Assembly (NCBI GenBank): GCA_951804945.1
Contig: OX638152.1
Location: 78,988,001-79,052,000 of the forward strand
From: Podarcis cretensis
Taxonomy: Eukaryota
Reading direction: 5' to 3'
Length of the DNA: 64,000 nucleotides
Part shown: positions 37,368-48,837 of the stretch, piece by piece
How positions within the stretch are numbered: the stretch's first letter is position 1
Layout: the number at the start of each line of letters is the position of its first letter
The notes under the pieces: generated by a model
Told to the model about the DNA's origin: nothing
Seen by the model: only the letters and a program-made list of their open reading frames with translations
Databases searched by the model: none
Position numbers and translations under genes: made by a program

Positions 37368-37976
37368 CTGTATTTTTTGCCCCATAGGACGCACCGCCCC
37401 ATAGGATGCACCTAGTTTTTTTCTGGGGGGAAATAAAGAAAAAAAAATTATTCCCCCCCCAGGCGCGGGGCTGGCGTGGGGGAAGCCCGAGCTTCCCCCG
37501 ACCCCAGCCCCCAGAACAGGCTGCTGCCTGCAAGCCTTGGGAGCCCAGAGGGACCTCCCACTGGGCGCCAAGGCTTGCGGACATCTTCCCAAAGCATGGG
37601 GCGTCCTCCGGAGGACACCCCGAGCTTCGGGATGCAGGCTGCCGCCCCAAGCCTCGTGCACCAGGCGGGACCTCCCACCGGGCGCGGGAGGCTTGCGGAC
37701 ACCTTCCCGAAGCACGGGGCGTCCTCCGGAGGGCACCCAGTGCTTCGGGATGCAAGCTGCCACCCCAAGCCTCGCGCGCCCAGCGGGAACTCCCCCGGGC
37801 TCGCAAGGCTTGCGGATAGCTTCCTGAAGCCTGGAGAGCGAGAGGGGTCGGTGCGCACCGATGCCTCTCGCTCTCCAGGCTTCAGCGAAAGCCTGCATTC
37901 GCCCCATAGGATGCACACACATTTCCCCTTCATTTTTGGAGGGGAAAAAGTGTGTCCTATAGGGCGAAAAATACGG
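37368..37976. mobile_element. Tc1/mariner-type MITE with an internal ~117-bp GC-rich tandem duplication
   Basis: TIRs C(T/C)GTATTTTT.GCCC..TAGGAC with TA TSD; internal units start at 37550, 37667 and 37785. Confidence 0.9.
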
Positions 37977-39803
37977 TACATTTGAGGAAATCTGGACCAA
38001 TGGCCATGGGAGTAAAATGGAGAAGGGAACAGGGTATGGACCGTGTTGCTGCAAAATGAGTCGTCCTCATAAGTGCTTTAAAAAAATTAGATGGGGAAGC
38101 ATAAGCGTTTTGGAGTGTTTCACACAGTAAGACTTTGCGAATGAGCTCCATGGCTTTATGAGAGTGTCTTTGTGTGGTATGTAATCTGGTGATACATTAG
38201 TCCTCCTCTGGCTCTACACACTTCACACACTCTGGGCGTGTGGACAAACAAGTAAAGAGTGCACAGTGGCATATCGTTCCTCATTCCTACTTGTCAGTTG
38301 AAACTGAGTTTTGCTATCTAGACCACAGATGTGAATGAGCCTGAGCTATCCAGTGAATTAGGACATGGGCTGAACTTTTATTTTTATTTCATCCACAATA
38401 AATAATGATTCCCCCCCCCCCCGCGGCCTTTTAACAAAAAGGCATTTTCAAGCTCATTTGAAAATAGGTCAGTTTTAACATCCTTCCGTATCTGTGTGTG
38501 TGTGTATTATTGAAAATAAAGGTCTGTCGCATTATGACAAGTCCTCATTTATTTCATTCACTTATGCCGAAATTTGCCACCAAGAATATTCGTTCATAAA
38601 TGTAAGGTTTTAGTATTGCAAATAACCCAGCAGGATCTTCTCTAATTTACATCCCTTGGCATTCACAACACCAGCTATTCCAGTCCGCCAGCATTAGCTT
38701 GAATCAGCAATCTTCTGTGAGATTTGGTGATGTATAGTCACACTGAAAAATTCATCCCTGAAACATTTATGCTGACTGATAGCATCAGATGCTGATGTAT
38801 GACTCTGCCCTCGACACTCATCTCTCAAATAAACAGTTATACAATTTCCACTTTCAAGCGCATTACATGGTTATCTGGTTATTGATGTGGTGTATGTTTC
38901 ATATTCAGTGGTGACACAAGCATCAAATGTTTGCTTTCAGTTTTTACCTTTATTTTTCGTTAAGTCTGATTCCTGCATCCATCTCCCTTCTATACTCAAC
39001 TCTCCATCCAGCTAGGGATCTGCATCAGGGGCAGATACAACTGTTGCATGCTTGCTTCTCCTATCCAATACGCTGCCCCAGTTAAGATATTCCCAATATT
39101 ACCACTCAACTGTTTCAGATGGGGAATTGGAACAGCTAGGCTTAGTTCCTCTGTGCTTAACAGCTTTATCTGATTGGAGCTACTTGTTCACTGCTCTACC
39201 ATGTAGAGAGTTGTTAAAAGAATCTGCAGTTCAGAGCCAAGAGCTAGGAAAAGCAAGTGTGTAAAAGCCATTATGTGTTATTATCAAAGGTTTGCTTTTT
39301 GTTCCTCTGAATATGGCTTGTATATTCAAAGTGTCCTGTTGGGCTTTCGTTGCATCTATCACTGTGGTGTCCCTGATGTCAGATGAGGTCACAAGTCACA
39401 ATTTCACCTTGCTGTGCCAACACATTCCATTCATACCCCCAATTACGCACAACTGAACCCAAGCAAGTCATAGCCATACCTGCGCGATTTAGGACAATGC
39501 ACAGTTCCCTCTGATCAGTGTTTCACATTCCGAACACACAAGACATTTTCAAGGCATCGGTGCAGTACAGGTCATAAAATAAACACTGTTTTGTAACTCC
39601 AGCTCCACAAAGAACATGCTGCTGGAATATTGGTTATAGTAGTAGACTTTGACCTGGTTAAAATGATGCCTTCTGTGTTTATTGCTTATATAAATTTTGG
39701 AGTATACTTTAGTAATAAATGGTTTTAGACAAAGCTTTGTTTCTTTCAAGTCCTGCAGATACACAATCCTGGAAAGTTCATAAGATGTGCGTTTAATAGT
39801 ATA

Positions 39804-40158
39804 AAGGTAAAGGCAAAGGTACCCCTGCCCGTACGGGCCAGTCTTGCCAGACTCTAGGGCTGTGCGCTCATCTCACTCTATAGGCCGGGAGCCAGCGCTG
39901 TCCGCAGACACTTCCGGGTCACGTGGCCAGCGTGACAAGCTGCATCTGGCGAGCCAGCGCAGCACACGGAACGCCGTTTACCTTCCCGCTGGTAAGCGGT
40001 CCCTATTTATCTACTTGCACCCGGGGGTGCTTTCGAACTGCTAGGTTGGCAGGCACCGAACGATGGGAGCGCACCCCGCTGCGGGGCTTCGAACTGCTGA
40101 CCATGCAATCGGCAAGTCCTAGGCACTGAGGTTTTACCCACAGCGCCACCCGCGTCCC
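39804..40158 (-). mobile_element. Sauria SINE, full length, subfamily A
   Basis: Same structure as 36765; 13-bp TSD GTTTAATAGTATA (39791-39803, 40162-40174). Confidence 0.94.
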
Positions 40159-40322
40159 TTTGTTTAATAGTATATATGGTACTTATTTGTTAAACAGCAT
40201 GCTTCTTCCATCCACCTCCAAATCAAATTTCATTACCACCACAGTCAAGCCGCACATGCTAAACTTCAGCATATACTCTACAGACGCAGCTAATGAAGAA
40301 ATCTACCGATAAGCACACCTAC

Positions 40323-40497
40323 CAATGAAACCTGAAGAAGGAGGGTTGGGTTGTATCTTTTCCTTGGTGTTCTCCTGAATGATATCCCAGAGCTGCCATA
40401 TAAATTTGGGGTGGAGAATGTAAAATGGCTGTTTAGGATTCCTCCTGCGATGCAGTGCATAGGGAGTAAACAAGTTGTAGTCTGGCTGCTTAAACCA
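40323..40497 (-). CDS. ST6GAL2: ST6GAL2 coding exon 4 (start of sialylmotif S)
   Basis: 175 nt; CCTACCAG acceptor and GTAGG donor; [13 protein letters not shown]...[22 protein letters not shown]. Confidence 0.96.
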
Positions 40498-41259
40498 CTG
40501 GTAGGAGAAAACAAAAAACAAACAAAAAACCAGGCATTTTCTAGGGCGTGCTAAACACATACCAGCCCGCATCTAAAGCATCACATATGTCAGCTCCCTG
40601 TGGATATAAAAACACACCTTCAAGGCATAGAAGTAAGTGGATATGGATTTCTGCAACTCTTATGAGCATGTGTTAGGGTGCCCTGATGTCGCAGACAGTT
40701 TAGATAGAGCAGCAGAACTGATACAGTTTTCAATGCCTGCTAATCAATCCCAACAAATATCTTGGCGTGCTCTACAATTAACTTTTAGATGACAAAGAAC
40801 TGGGCTTTGCCACTAACGTAGTTGCAGCCAATCTGCATTCCTCCGGATGTTGCTGAACTCCAACTCCCATCAGCCCTTGTTAGAATATCCAGGAGCTGGA
40901 GATGATGGGAGTTGCACTTCAAGAACACCCACAAGCCCCCAAGTTACCAACCTCTTCTCTGGGAAGAATTAAGAGCTCAGCTGACAAAACTCCAAATCTT
41001 ATGTGAAGCTTTCCCATGGTAAACAAGCTGGGAGAACCATCAGGCAGCTCTCGGAATGAGAACGTTCTGCTATATGGTGCAACCTAGCCAATGTGTGTCC
41101 TTGCTATGCGATGGCAGGTAAAAGGGAGTTAACTCTCTAGGGTGGGTTTACACCAGTTGTGGGCAGGACTATATCATGCTTAGTCCATGCTCTGGGTACA
41201 GGTCTTTCTGCTGGATGTCACAAGAGCTATGCTGGGCACATCAGATCGAAAACAATATA

Positions 41260-42168
41260 CGCTCTTGTGCAAATTAATTGAAACAAAGCATGCTTTCTAT
41301 CTTACTCGTAATCCTGTTCTCAAAACAAACACAAAAAGTCAGTTGATCGTTATGGTGTTCGGAAGATGCAGCCAATAGAAGGAATGATGTGCTCGCCACA
41401 ATATATTGAGGTTCTATGAAAGAGTGCTGGAAAAGAGGTATCATGACGGTACTGGGATATTACAGGAGGACCTAGCCCCCTGTCACACATTGAAAATGGT
41501 GAAAAAATTCATGCCAGAGTGACAAATATAGGTACAGTAGTGCCTCGCAAGACGAAAAGAATCCGTTCCGCGATTCTCTTTGTCTAGCGGTTTTTTCGTC
41601 TTGCAAAGCAAGCCCATTGACGGCTTAGCGGATTAGCGCTATTAGCGGCTTATTGGCTTAGCGGATAAGCAGATAAGCGGCTTAGCGACTTAGAAAAGGG
41701 GGGGGGGAGGAAAAAAAAACCCGCAGGAACTCGCAAGACATTTTCGTCTTGCGAAGCAAGCCCATAGGAAATTCGTTTTGCGAAGCGCCTCCAAAACGGA
41801 AAACCCTTTTGTCTAGCGGGTTTTCCGTCTTGCGAGGCACCACTGTACTTGATTGGCCATGGAATTCCCCGGACGTAAATCCCATTGAGAATTTGTGGGC
41901 CGTATGCAAACGTCGCCTCTGTGCTGTAGACTGTACGACTATGGAGAAGTCCATTCAGGCGCTGATTCAAGTGTGGTACAAGGATCCGAAAATCCACAGT
42001 GATTATTCAAAACTAGTAGACTCCATGCTAAACAGTGTTCAAATGCTGCTTAAAAATAACAGAGGTCATATCCGTTACTAATGTATGTATATGTGAGTTT
42101 TGTACATGTAGATGTGAGTTTTGTACAATAAACTACATTGTTTGTTTCAATTAATTTGCACAAGGGTG
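41260..42168 (+). mobile_element. Defective Tc1 (DD34E) transposon with a nested MITE
   Basis: TIRs CGCTCTTGTGCAAATTAATTGAAACAAA / TTTGTTTCAATTAATTTGCACAAGGGTG with TA TSD. Removing the MITE restores QEDLAPCHT...VLDWPWNSPDVNPIENLW, with D34E spacing and two in-frame stops. Confidence 0.9.
41535..41845. mobile_element. Tc1/mariner-type MITE nested in the Tc1 remnant
   Basis: TA|CAGTAGTGCCTCGCAAGACG...CGTCTTGCGAGGCACCACTG|TA. Confidence 0.9.
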
Positions 42169-42624
42169 TAGTAGGCTTGCAGGCAGTGGGATGATGCATA
42201 CAGGAATTGTGCTACAACATTTTACTCCCAGCTAGGACAGGACTCCCCCTTTTGCTTTCCATAATTCTATGTGCAGGCCCCACCCCCCACCCGCACAAGA
42301 AAAAAAAAAAAAAGCCCAAGTGAAACACAGTTACTCCAGATTTCTTTGCATGTTTACAACTCCCGCAAGTTGTTTGCATTATTTAAACTCCTGCAAACTT
42401 AAATTTTCATAAGGTATGCCGGTGGCAGCACTTGAGCTACAGAAATGAATTTTGGCAGAGAGAAGAGAAGGAAAATAATCACAGGTGGCCAGGCACTTAG
42501 ATCAGGATGACTGAGTTAACAAGCACCAGGTGATGTGGGGACAGGAAGGTGGGAGGACCTGAAGGTGCTACAAGGAAGGAAGGTTGTGCAAGGCCATAGT
42601 AACAGGAAAAACTTCCAGACACTG

Positions 42625-42785
42625 GTCACGTAGCTCAAGTGGTAGATCATCTGTTTTGAATGCCAAAGGCCACCAACGTCCCCAGTTAGGCCAAGGAATG
42701 TCTCCTGCCTGAAACCGGACAGATGCTACCGGTCAGTGCAGGATCTGCTGAGCTAGATAGACCAATGATCTGACTCGGTATAATA
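42625..42785 (+). mobile_element. tRNA-derived SINE of the family that hosts the hAT insertions; other copies at about 6670-6840, 11540-11870 and 62080-62570
   Basis: TAGCTCAAGTGGTAGA A-box; shared 3' part GTCAGTG.AG...CTGAGCTAGATAGACCAATGATCTGACTCGGTATA. Confidence 0.65.
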
Positions 42786-43658
42786 ATAATAATTTTATTA
42801 ATTATATCCTGCCCATCTGGCTGGGTTTCCCTAGCCACCCTGGGCAGCTCTAAGGCGGTTTCCTGTGTTCTGTGCAATAAGACAGTTCCCTCTAGTGTCA
42901 AGAGATGAAATATTCATAATAAAGCTGGCAAAAAAATTAATTCCACAATAAATTTTAAATACCCACACACACTCTCTGTGTGGGTGGGTGTGTTACTCTC
43001 TGCTCCCCTGTAAACTGCAGAAATTATAGCAATACATTCTGCTGCTCCCATTTATAATATCAACCGGCATATTATATCCAAAAAGCTGTGGAGAAGAATA
43101 AAATGGGCAGTAGGAGAGTTAGATGGAAATGGTGAGAGAGGGATTGGTAGGCAAGGAGCGTCTGTTGTGAAGAGACAGTTAAGGGAGCCGATTAAAAAGG
43201 AGCAGGAATTATCTGCTAGTCAAGATTGCAGGTGGAAAAAGAAGGCAGATAGGTTGAGTCCGTTTACTGGGTTATTTCCCATTCTTTACTGCTTGTTCCA
43301 TAGTTAAGCTCCTAAAACGACAACACAAGTTCATTCAAATACTTAATGTGCTCTGATTAGGGTGGATTTCATGATAACGTATCTCTCATCTAGACATGGA
43401 GTAGGAATTTGGTTTGTTTCAGTTCGGAAGCAAAACCATTTTTAGATTTATTATGCTGGCCCAAATCAGTGAGAGCAGCGCTAAACAGTAGCACAGCAGC
43501 CGCTCCTCTGTAGTACTTTCTAGTTTTAGGCTTCCTGCGGTGGGAAATCTGTGACCTGGGAACACTCTCACAGTTTGGAAAAGGGCATTGTTAAACCTAG
43601 TTGCTTTTAAATGAGGAGGTTGCAGCGGGTGCTGAACTCATCCTGGCTGCTGACTTAC

Positions 43659-43760
43659 CACAGTCAGATCTGCAGAATAGGGTGCAGGATCCCAAGCGAC
43701 TAGAGTAACATCTTTATATAAGGGGTTGTCAGTGAACTGGTGCTTAGGATTGGTAAGAAT
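43659..43760 (-). CDS. ST6GAL2: ST6GAL2 coding exon 3 (absent from the ORF track)
   Basis: 102 nt; TTTTGCAG acceptor and GTAAGT donor. Manual translation gives [34 protein letters not shown]. Phase 0/0 fits both neighbouring exons. Confidence 0.94.
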
Positions 43761-44416
43761 CTGCAAAATACAAAACACACACAAACACACGTATTTAAAA
43801 CATTTCCAAATGATTATGAAACATCCTCATAAGATCAAGAGATGGGATTACCTCTCAACATACTACCCCCCTTAAAAAACCCTCAGCCTTTTTTGGGGGG
43901 AGGGCATAACTTGGGGAAAGTTCTGAGGACAGGACAGAGGAGCCTAGAGGGCCACAATCAGCCCTGGGTCTAAAATTCTCCATCCCTGCAGTGTAGGGTT
44001 GCCATATTTTGAAGAGCAAAGGAAGAGGATGAAACGACGGCACTCATTTTAAATACCCCTACGATATGTAGGCTATCGAAGCTGTGATATATTGCTGAGG
44101 GGGACAGGAGAAGAGAAGAGGAAAGCAATTTCTATCCAGGTGGTTTTTGTTAAATTTGCCCAAATGTCTCTGGCTATCCTTTCGTGATGACATAGAGTGG
44201 TAGGCATGGAACATATGTTTTGCTGTGCACATCATGCACCCACCCCACGTAAAAGAATTATTGGATTGACGGACTGTGAGACACAGGTTGCCATTATCCT
44301 CAATTCAGAGATAAGGAAACGAAAAATCAAAATACTGTCCTTACAAATAAACCTTCATTTTGAAAAGTAAACATACAATGTGTCCACCACAAGAGGGCAC
44401 TGCATATCTATCCATA

Positions 44417-44419
<3 letters not shown>

Positions 44420-44461
<42 letters not shown>

Positions 44462-44706
44462 GCTACCTCAGTTTTCGAGCATCTCGGAAGCTGAACATTT
44501 CGGTTTTTGAACGCCGAAAAACCGGAAGTAATTGCCTCAAGTTGAACAGCGTCCGCTGCAGTTTTTTTTCAATTTTCTCCATTGACTTTGCAGTAAGCCC
44601 TTTGTGCCTCGGTTGTCGAAATTTTCGGAAGTCGAACGATCTTCCGGAACAGATTACGTTTGACAACTGAGGTACCACTGTATATATATGTATATAGATG
44701 GACAGG

Positions 44707-44745
<39 letters not shown>
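44420..44745. mobile_element. CAGTG.TACCTC MITE (44458-44680) flanked by (CA)n on the left and (TG)n on the right
   Basis: TIRs CAGTGCTACCTCAGTT/AACTGAGGTACCACTG; the two dinucleotide arrays are read directly. Confidence 0.85.
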
Positions 44746-44749
<4 letters not shown>

Positions 44750-45470
44750 TTTCCTTCAGTATAGTCATGCAACTTTTTCAAACACCGCATCTATATTGTT
44801 TCCACCTCCCACGCCTTGCTTATTTGTTGTTGTTGTTTTGCACTATCAACCACCTCAGTTGAACATGTTATCACCATAACTGTGCAACATTACTGCAGTT
44901 CTTTTGTAGATTGAAGACTGTTTCAGCTTATATTAATGTTGCATTTTTAGGTAGCTGCGACCTGCCCTGGGAAGGATGAGTAAGAAGCCTAATAAATATA
45001 TATATATATTGTTTCGTATAAAACTACAAAAAAAGAATTAGGAGAGGCTTAGACCAAGAGTTTGCAAACGTTTTTCTCAACAGGCCACTTGAGCAAGGGT
45101 CTTGGCGGACCACTTAATGATTTGTCTCCCTGTTGTAGCAACTGCAATAACAGGATCATAGAGTTGGATCACGAGGGTCACTGAGTCCTCCAACCCCCCT
45201 GCAAGGAAATAATCTTTTGCCCAGTGTGGGGCTCGAACCCACGACCACCCTGAGATAAAGAGTCCCATGCACTGCCAGCGGAACTAGCAAGATACTGTAT
45301 GATATCTCATTGTACTTTTATTGCTTCTTTTATTTCTTATCTAGTGTGGTTTATTGTATTGCTATTTGAACCCCATATAATTCACACTGCAACACAATAA
45401 AATGAAATATAATAAAAGAAACAATGAAAATGAAAATAAAAATCAATGTAAATATTTAATATGATGGATA

Positions 45471-45826
45471 AAGGTAAAGGTAAAGGGACCCCTGACCATT
45501 AGGTCCAGTCGTGACCGACTCTGGGGTTGTGGCGCTGATCTCGCTTTATTGGCCGAGGGAGCCGGCATACAGCTTCCGGGTCATGTGGCCAGCATGACTA
45601 AGCCATTTCTGGAGAACCAGAGCAGCGCACGGAAACGCCGTTTAGCTTCCCGTTGGAACGGTACCTATTTATCTACTGGCACTTTGACGTGCTTTCGAAC
45701 TGCTAGGTTGGCAGGAGCAGGGACTGAGCAACGGGAGCTCACCCCCTCGCAGGGATTCGAACCGTCGACTTTCTGTTCGGCAAGTCCTAGGCTCTGTGGT
45801 TTAACCCACAGCGCCACCCGCGTCCC
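45471..45826 (-). mobile_element. Sauria SINE, full length, subfamily B
   Basis: Head, B-box and (ACCTTT)n tail; 14-bp TSD TAATA(T/C)GATGGATA. Confidence 0.94.
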
Positions 45827-46180
45827 TAATACGATGGATACTCTGTCTAAAACTACAAATCCAAACACACCAGCAACCACCTGAATAAAAAGCTTGTGGG
45901 CCACTGGTCCCCATTGACCACAGTTTGGGAATCCCCTGGAGGCAGGGGAGAGGGACAAAAGACAAGGAGGTATAGCACCTTATCCATCACCTCTCTCCTC
46001 CCCTTGATATGTAATCTTTAGGAAGCACTGCTGGACACGTTAACAGTTCCCAGCAATGATGAAAGCTGGGGCCTGTTATTTAAAATCAAAGCAGAATTCC
46101 CCAGGATTTCTGGTTCAGTTCTAGGAGGAGTTGCGACATACGGAAAACAATACAAGTATGCAGATGTTCAAGTGCCTTAC

Positions 46181-46278
46181 TTGGGAATTAATGATGCGCA
46201 TGGTTGTTTTATTTCCGACATCTTTCTCATATCCATTTGTTGGAGCAGAGTTGAATCGCAAGACGGCATCGTGGGAGT
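46181..46278 (-). CDS. ST6GAL2: ST6GAL2 coding exon 2 (sialylmotif L)
   Basis: 98 nt with AG/GTAAG boundaries; [33 protein letters not shown]. Confidence 0.96.
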
Positions 46279-47251
46279 CTATAAAGTCAGAGGAAAGGAC
46301 ATTCAGGTGAGTAACTGACAAGAGTCATTGTGTAGTACAATCATCTGCATGTTTACTTGGAAGTAAGCATCGACCCCTTCCTGCTGGGCTCCAAGAACCA
46401 CTGTAGTCAGCGCACATGAAGGGAGCAAAAGTGAGGGAATAAAATGAGAAGCATCAGTGACAAGAAACACAGGCTCTTCGCAAGCAAGCTGTGAGCAACT
46501 TCTGCTGAGAACTGATTTCCTGTGTGGTATCTTGGCACTTGGACAAGGAATGAATGTGTAAAGAACACAGTAGGTGCAGGAGTCAAAATATGGTTGGTTT
46601 TTGTTTTGTTTTCTTGAGAGAGAGGTTCGCTGTTATTTACACTCGGATGAAAGCCCCTCTCCCCTAAACCACTTTCCATAAAATATTCTCATGAAAACTG
46701 AGGGGTAGGGGCAAGTTTCTGCTGCTTTTGTGGTGGTGATTTTTTAAAAGAATGGATTTGAAAATTTAAGTGCAGTGCTGGCCACATTAAGCAGGTTGGT
46801 ACAGCACAAGAAGCAAGGATTATTTTTTTTCTGGAGAATCCTGAGCCTGTACAGAAGGCAGAGGACTCAGTTCCAAACTGATGCAGAGGTCTGGTTCCCT
46901 CTCTGATAAATAAAAGGAAAAATGTTTGGCGGATGAAAAAATGAAGCTCTTTTACACCCCAATTGCTCTTATAGGGTTCATTTATGCCTGCACTAGTTGT
47001 AGGAGCAGTCCAGTTTTTACTGCGGTTCTGTTTTACCCTAGATTTGCTGTTTTCCAAATGTTCATTCCAATCTTGCTGGACTCCCGTGGGTTGTTTCATC
47101 TCCCCACATTTTTTGTGTGTTTTGCTTGACCCTGTTGGAAAGATCCTTAGACACACCACTCTGGATTGGGGGCTATGGGGAAACGCTGTGGTGTTCTGGA
47201 ATCAAATTAGATGGGAGTTAAAATAAGGAAGGGGTCTAGAAATCAGTATGT

Positions 47252-48025
47252 TTGAAAAGACTCTCCTCCCTGAAAGAGAGGGGAGTGGTTGTGGGCGGGA
47301 GCCTGAACACCGCCCCTAGCAGGGGGCGTAGCCCCCTGCCTCTAGCTCACCTGGCTGGCGCTCACGACCCCCTGGTGGCCGTCCAACCAGGTGCCGTGGG
47401 GGGGGCGTGTCTAGCAGCCTTGATGCTGCAGCGTCAGCCTCTCCCCGGCCTCATTTCTCTTCGTCGTCCTAGGCGAGTCACCCACCCTCCACTCCCATTG
47501 AGTTAGGGCTTAGGTCATTGGCCTTGCTATGGACCTTAGGTTGGTCGCCCCGGTTGCACGGGGGGCCTGGTAGGAGTTTTTCCATTTGGCATTAGGCTTT
47601 TTGGTTTTTTCGCCTACCTCGTAGCAATCGTTACAACTTTTGTGGTATTGGTGGGTAGGTTAGGCATTGGAATAATGTGCTGTGGTGTGTCGAAGTGCTA
47701 GGTGTGGCCATCGCCTATGCCTTCAATGTTTTGGGGTATTCCGTTAAAGGAATCTGGCGGTCGTGTATTCTGTCCGATGCCTGCTTGGCGTTAGGCCATG
47801 GCATGAGCCTCGGTGACAGCAGGGGTGAGCCTATAGTTGGATTAGCATCAACAGGTGATGAACCCCTGGTGAATAAACCCACTTGTTTCGCGATCCAATG
47901 CCTAAGCCAATACCTTTTCACTGCTGTAATCAATAAAGTTGTGGCCTTTTCTAGCCCATTAACCTTATATCACGTGTCCCTGTGTCTTCTTTTCACATCG
48001 CGGTGGTCGGGTCCTCGAACCACAA
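47252..48025 (+). mobile_element. GC-rich retroelement terminal region (DIRS/Ngaro-like or LTR, unassigned)
   Basis: A CpG-rich block with sharp edges, containing AATAAAGTTGTGGCC; a second partial copy is at 20445-20778. The left boundary is approximate. Confidence 0.6.
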
Positions 48026-48182
48026 TTGCTTTATTACTAATTGCTTAATTAGTACTTGCTTTGTCAATCACTCCACATTCTTTTTTCTGATTTGAATTGC
48101 CTGGTACTTTCTTCTATTTTGAATTGCTGGTGTTTTGCAAATTGCTTTGAGCACATCAATTGCTTCCCATTCATTATATATC

Positions 48183-48837
48183 AATAACGTTCAGATTTTT
48201 GGGTATTGAATTACAAGAGGATCTGTCCTGGAGTGTCAACACAAGGGGGCTTGTGAAGAAGGCGCAGCAGAGACTGTACTTTTTGAGAATCTTAAGGAAA
48301 AACCATCTTCCGCAGAAACTGCTGCTTGCCTTCTATCACTGTGCCATTGAGAGCGTGCTCACTTATGTCTTATGTGTGTGGTACGGAAGCTGTACTACCC
48401 AGGACAGGATGGGGTTGTGCAGAGTTGTGAAGGCAGCAGAGAGCATTGTTGGCTGCCCACTCTCCACCTTAGAGCAGATTTATGCCACAAGGTGCCATAG
48501 GAAGGCACTGGACATAGTAAAAGATCCATCGCATCCTGGTCACTGTCTCTTCGAGCTCCTGCCGTCGGGACGGAGATAGAGGACGATGAAGACAAGAACG
48601 AGCCGTCTCAAGAACAGCTTCTTCTCCAGAGCGATCTCGGCCCTGAATGGGAAACCTGGACTTTGAAAGTCATCTAATCTTCCTTGCTGTATTATACTGT
48701 ATTGTTTTAATTAGTGTTTTTATAGTTGTTCTGATTTTGTGTGGAGTGCCCTACCTGGGTGGATGGAGCAGCCAAGTAATTTTTGTTGTCCCCGAGAGGG
48801 GGCAATGACAATAAAGATATTATTATTATTATTATTA
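48183..48837 (+). mobile_element. 5'-truncated Rex1/Babar-like non-LTR retrotransposon (RT C-terminus and 3'UTR)
   Basis: FRFLG...LSWSVNT...VKKAQQRLYFLR...FYHCAIESVLTY...VWYG...DPSHPGHCLFELLPSGRR*RTMKTRTSRLKNSFF; ends with AATAAA and (ATT)n. Confidence 0.85.

Noticed and set aside
22533-37976. An inversion or misassembly between inverted MITEs as the cause of the gene interleaving
   Set aside because: Both terminal exons are in the correct orientation and phase for their own genes; an inversion would have flipped them.
37315-38054. Several long overlapping ORFs (up to 244 aa), also at 22474-22951
   Set aside because: They arise from the GC-rich, stop-poor MITE core and show no protein motifs.
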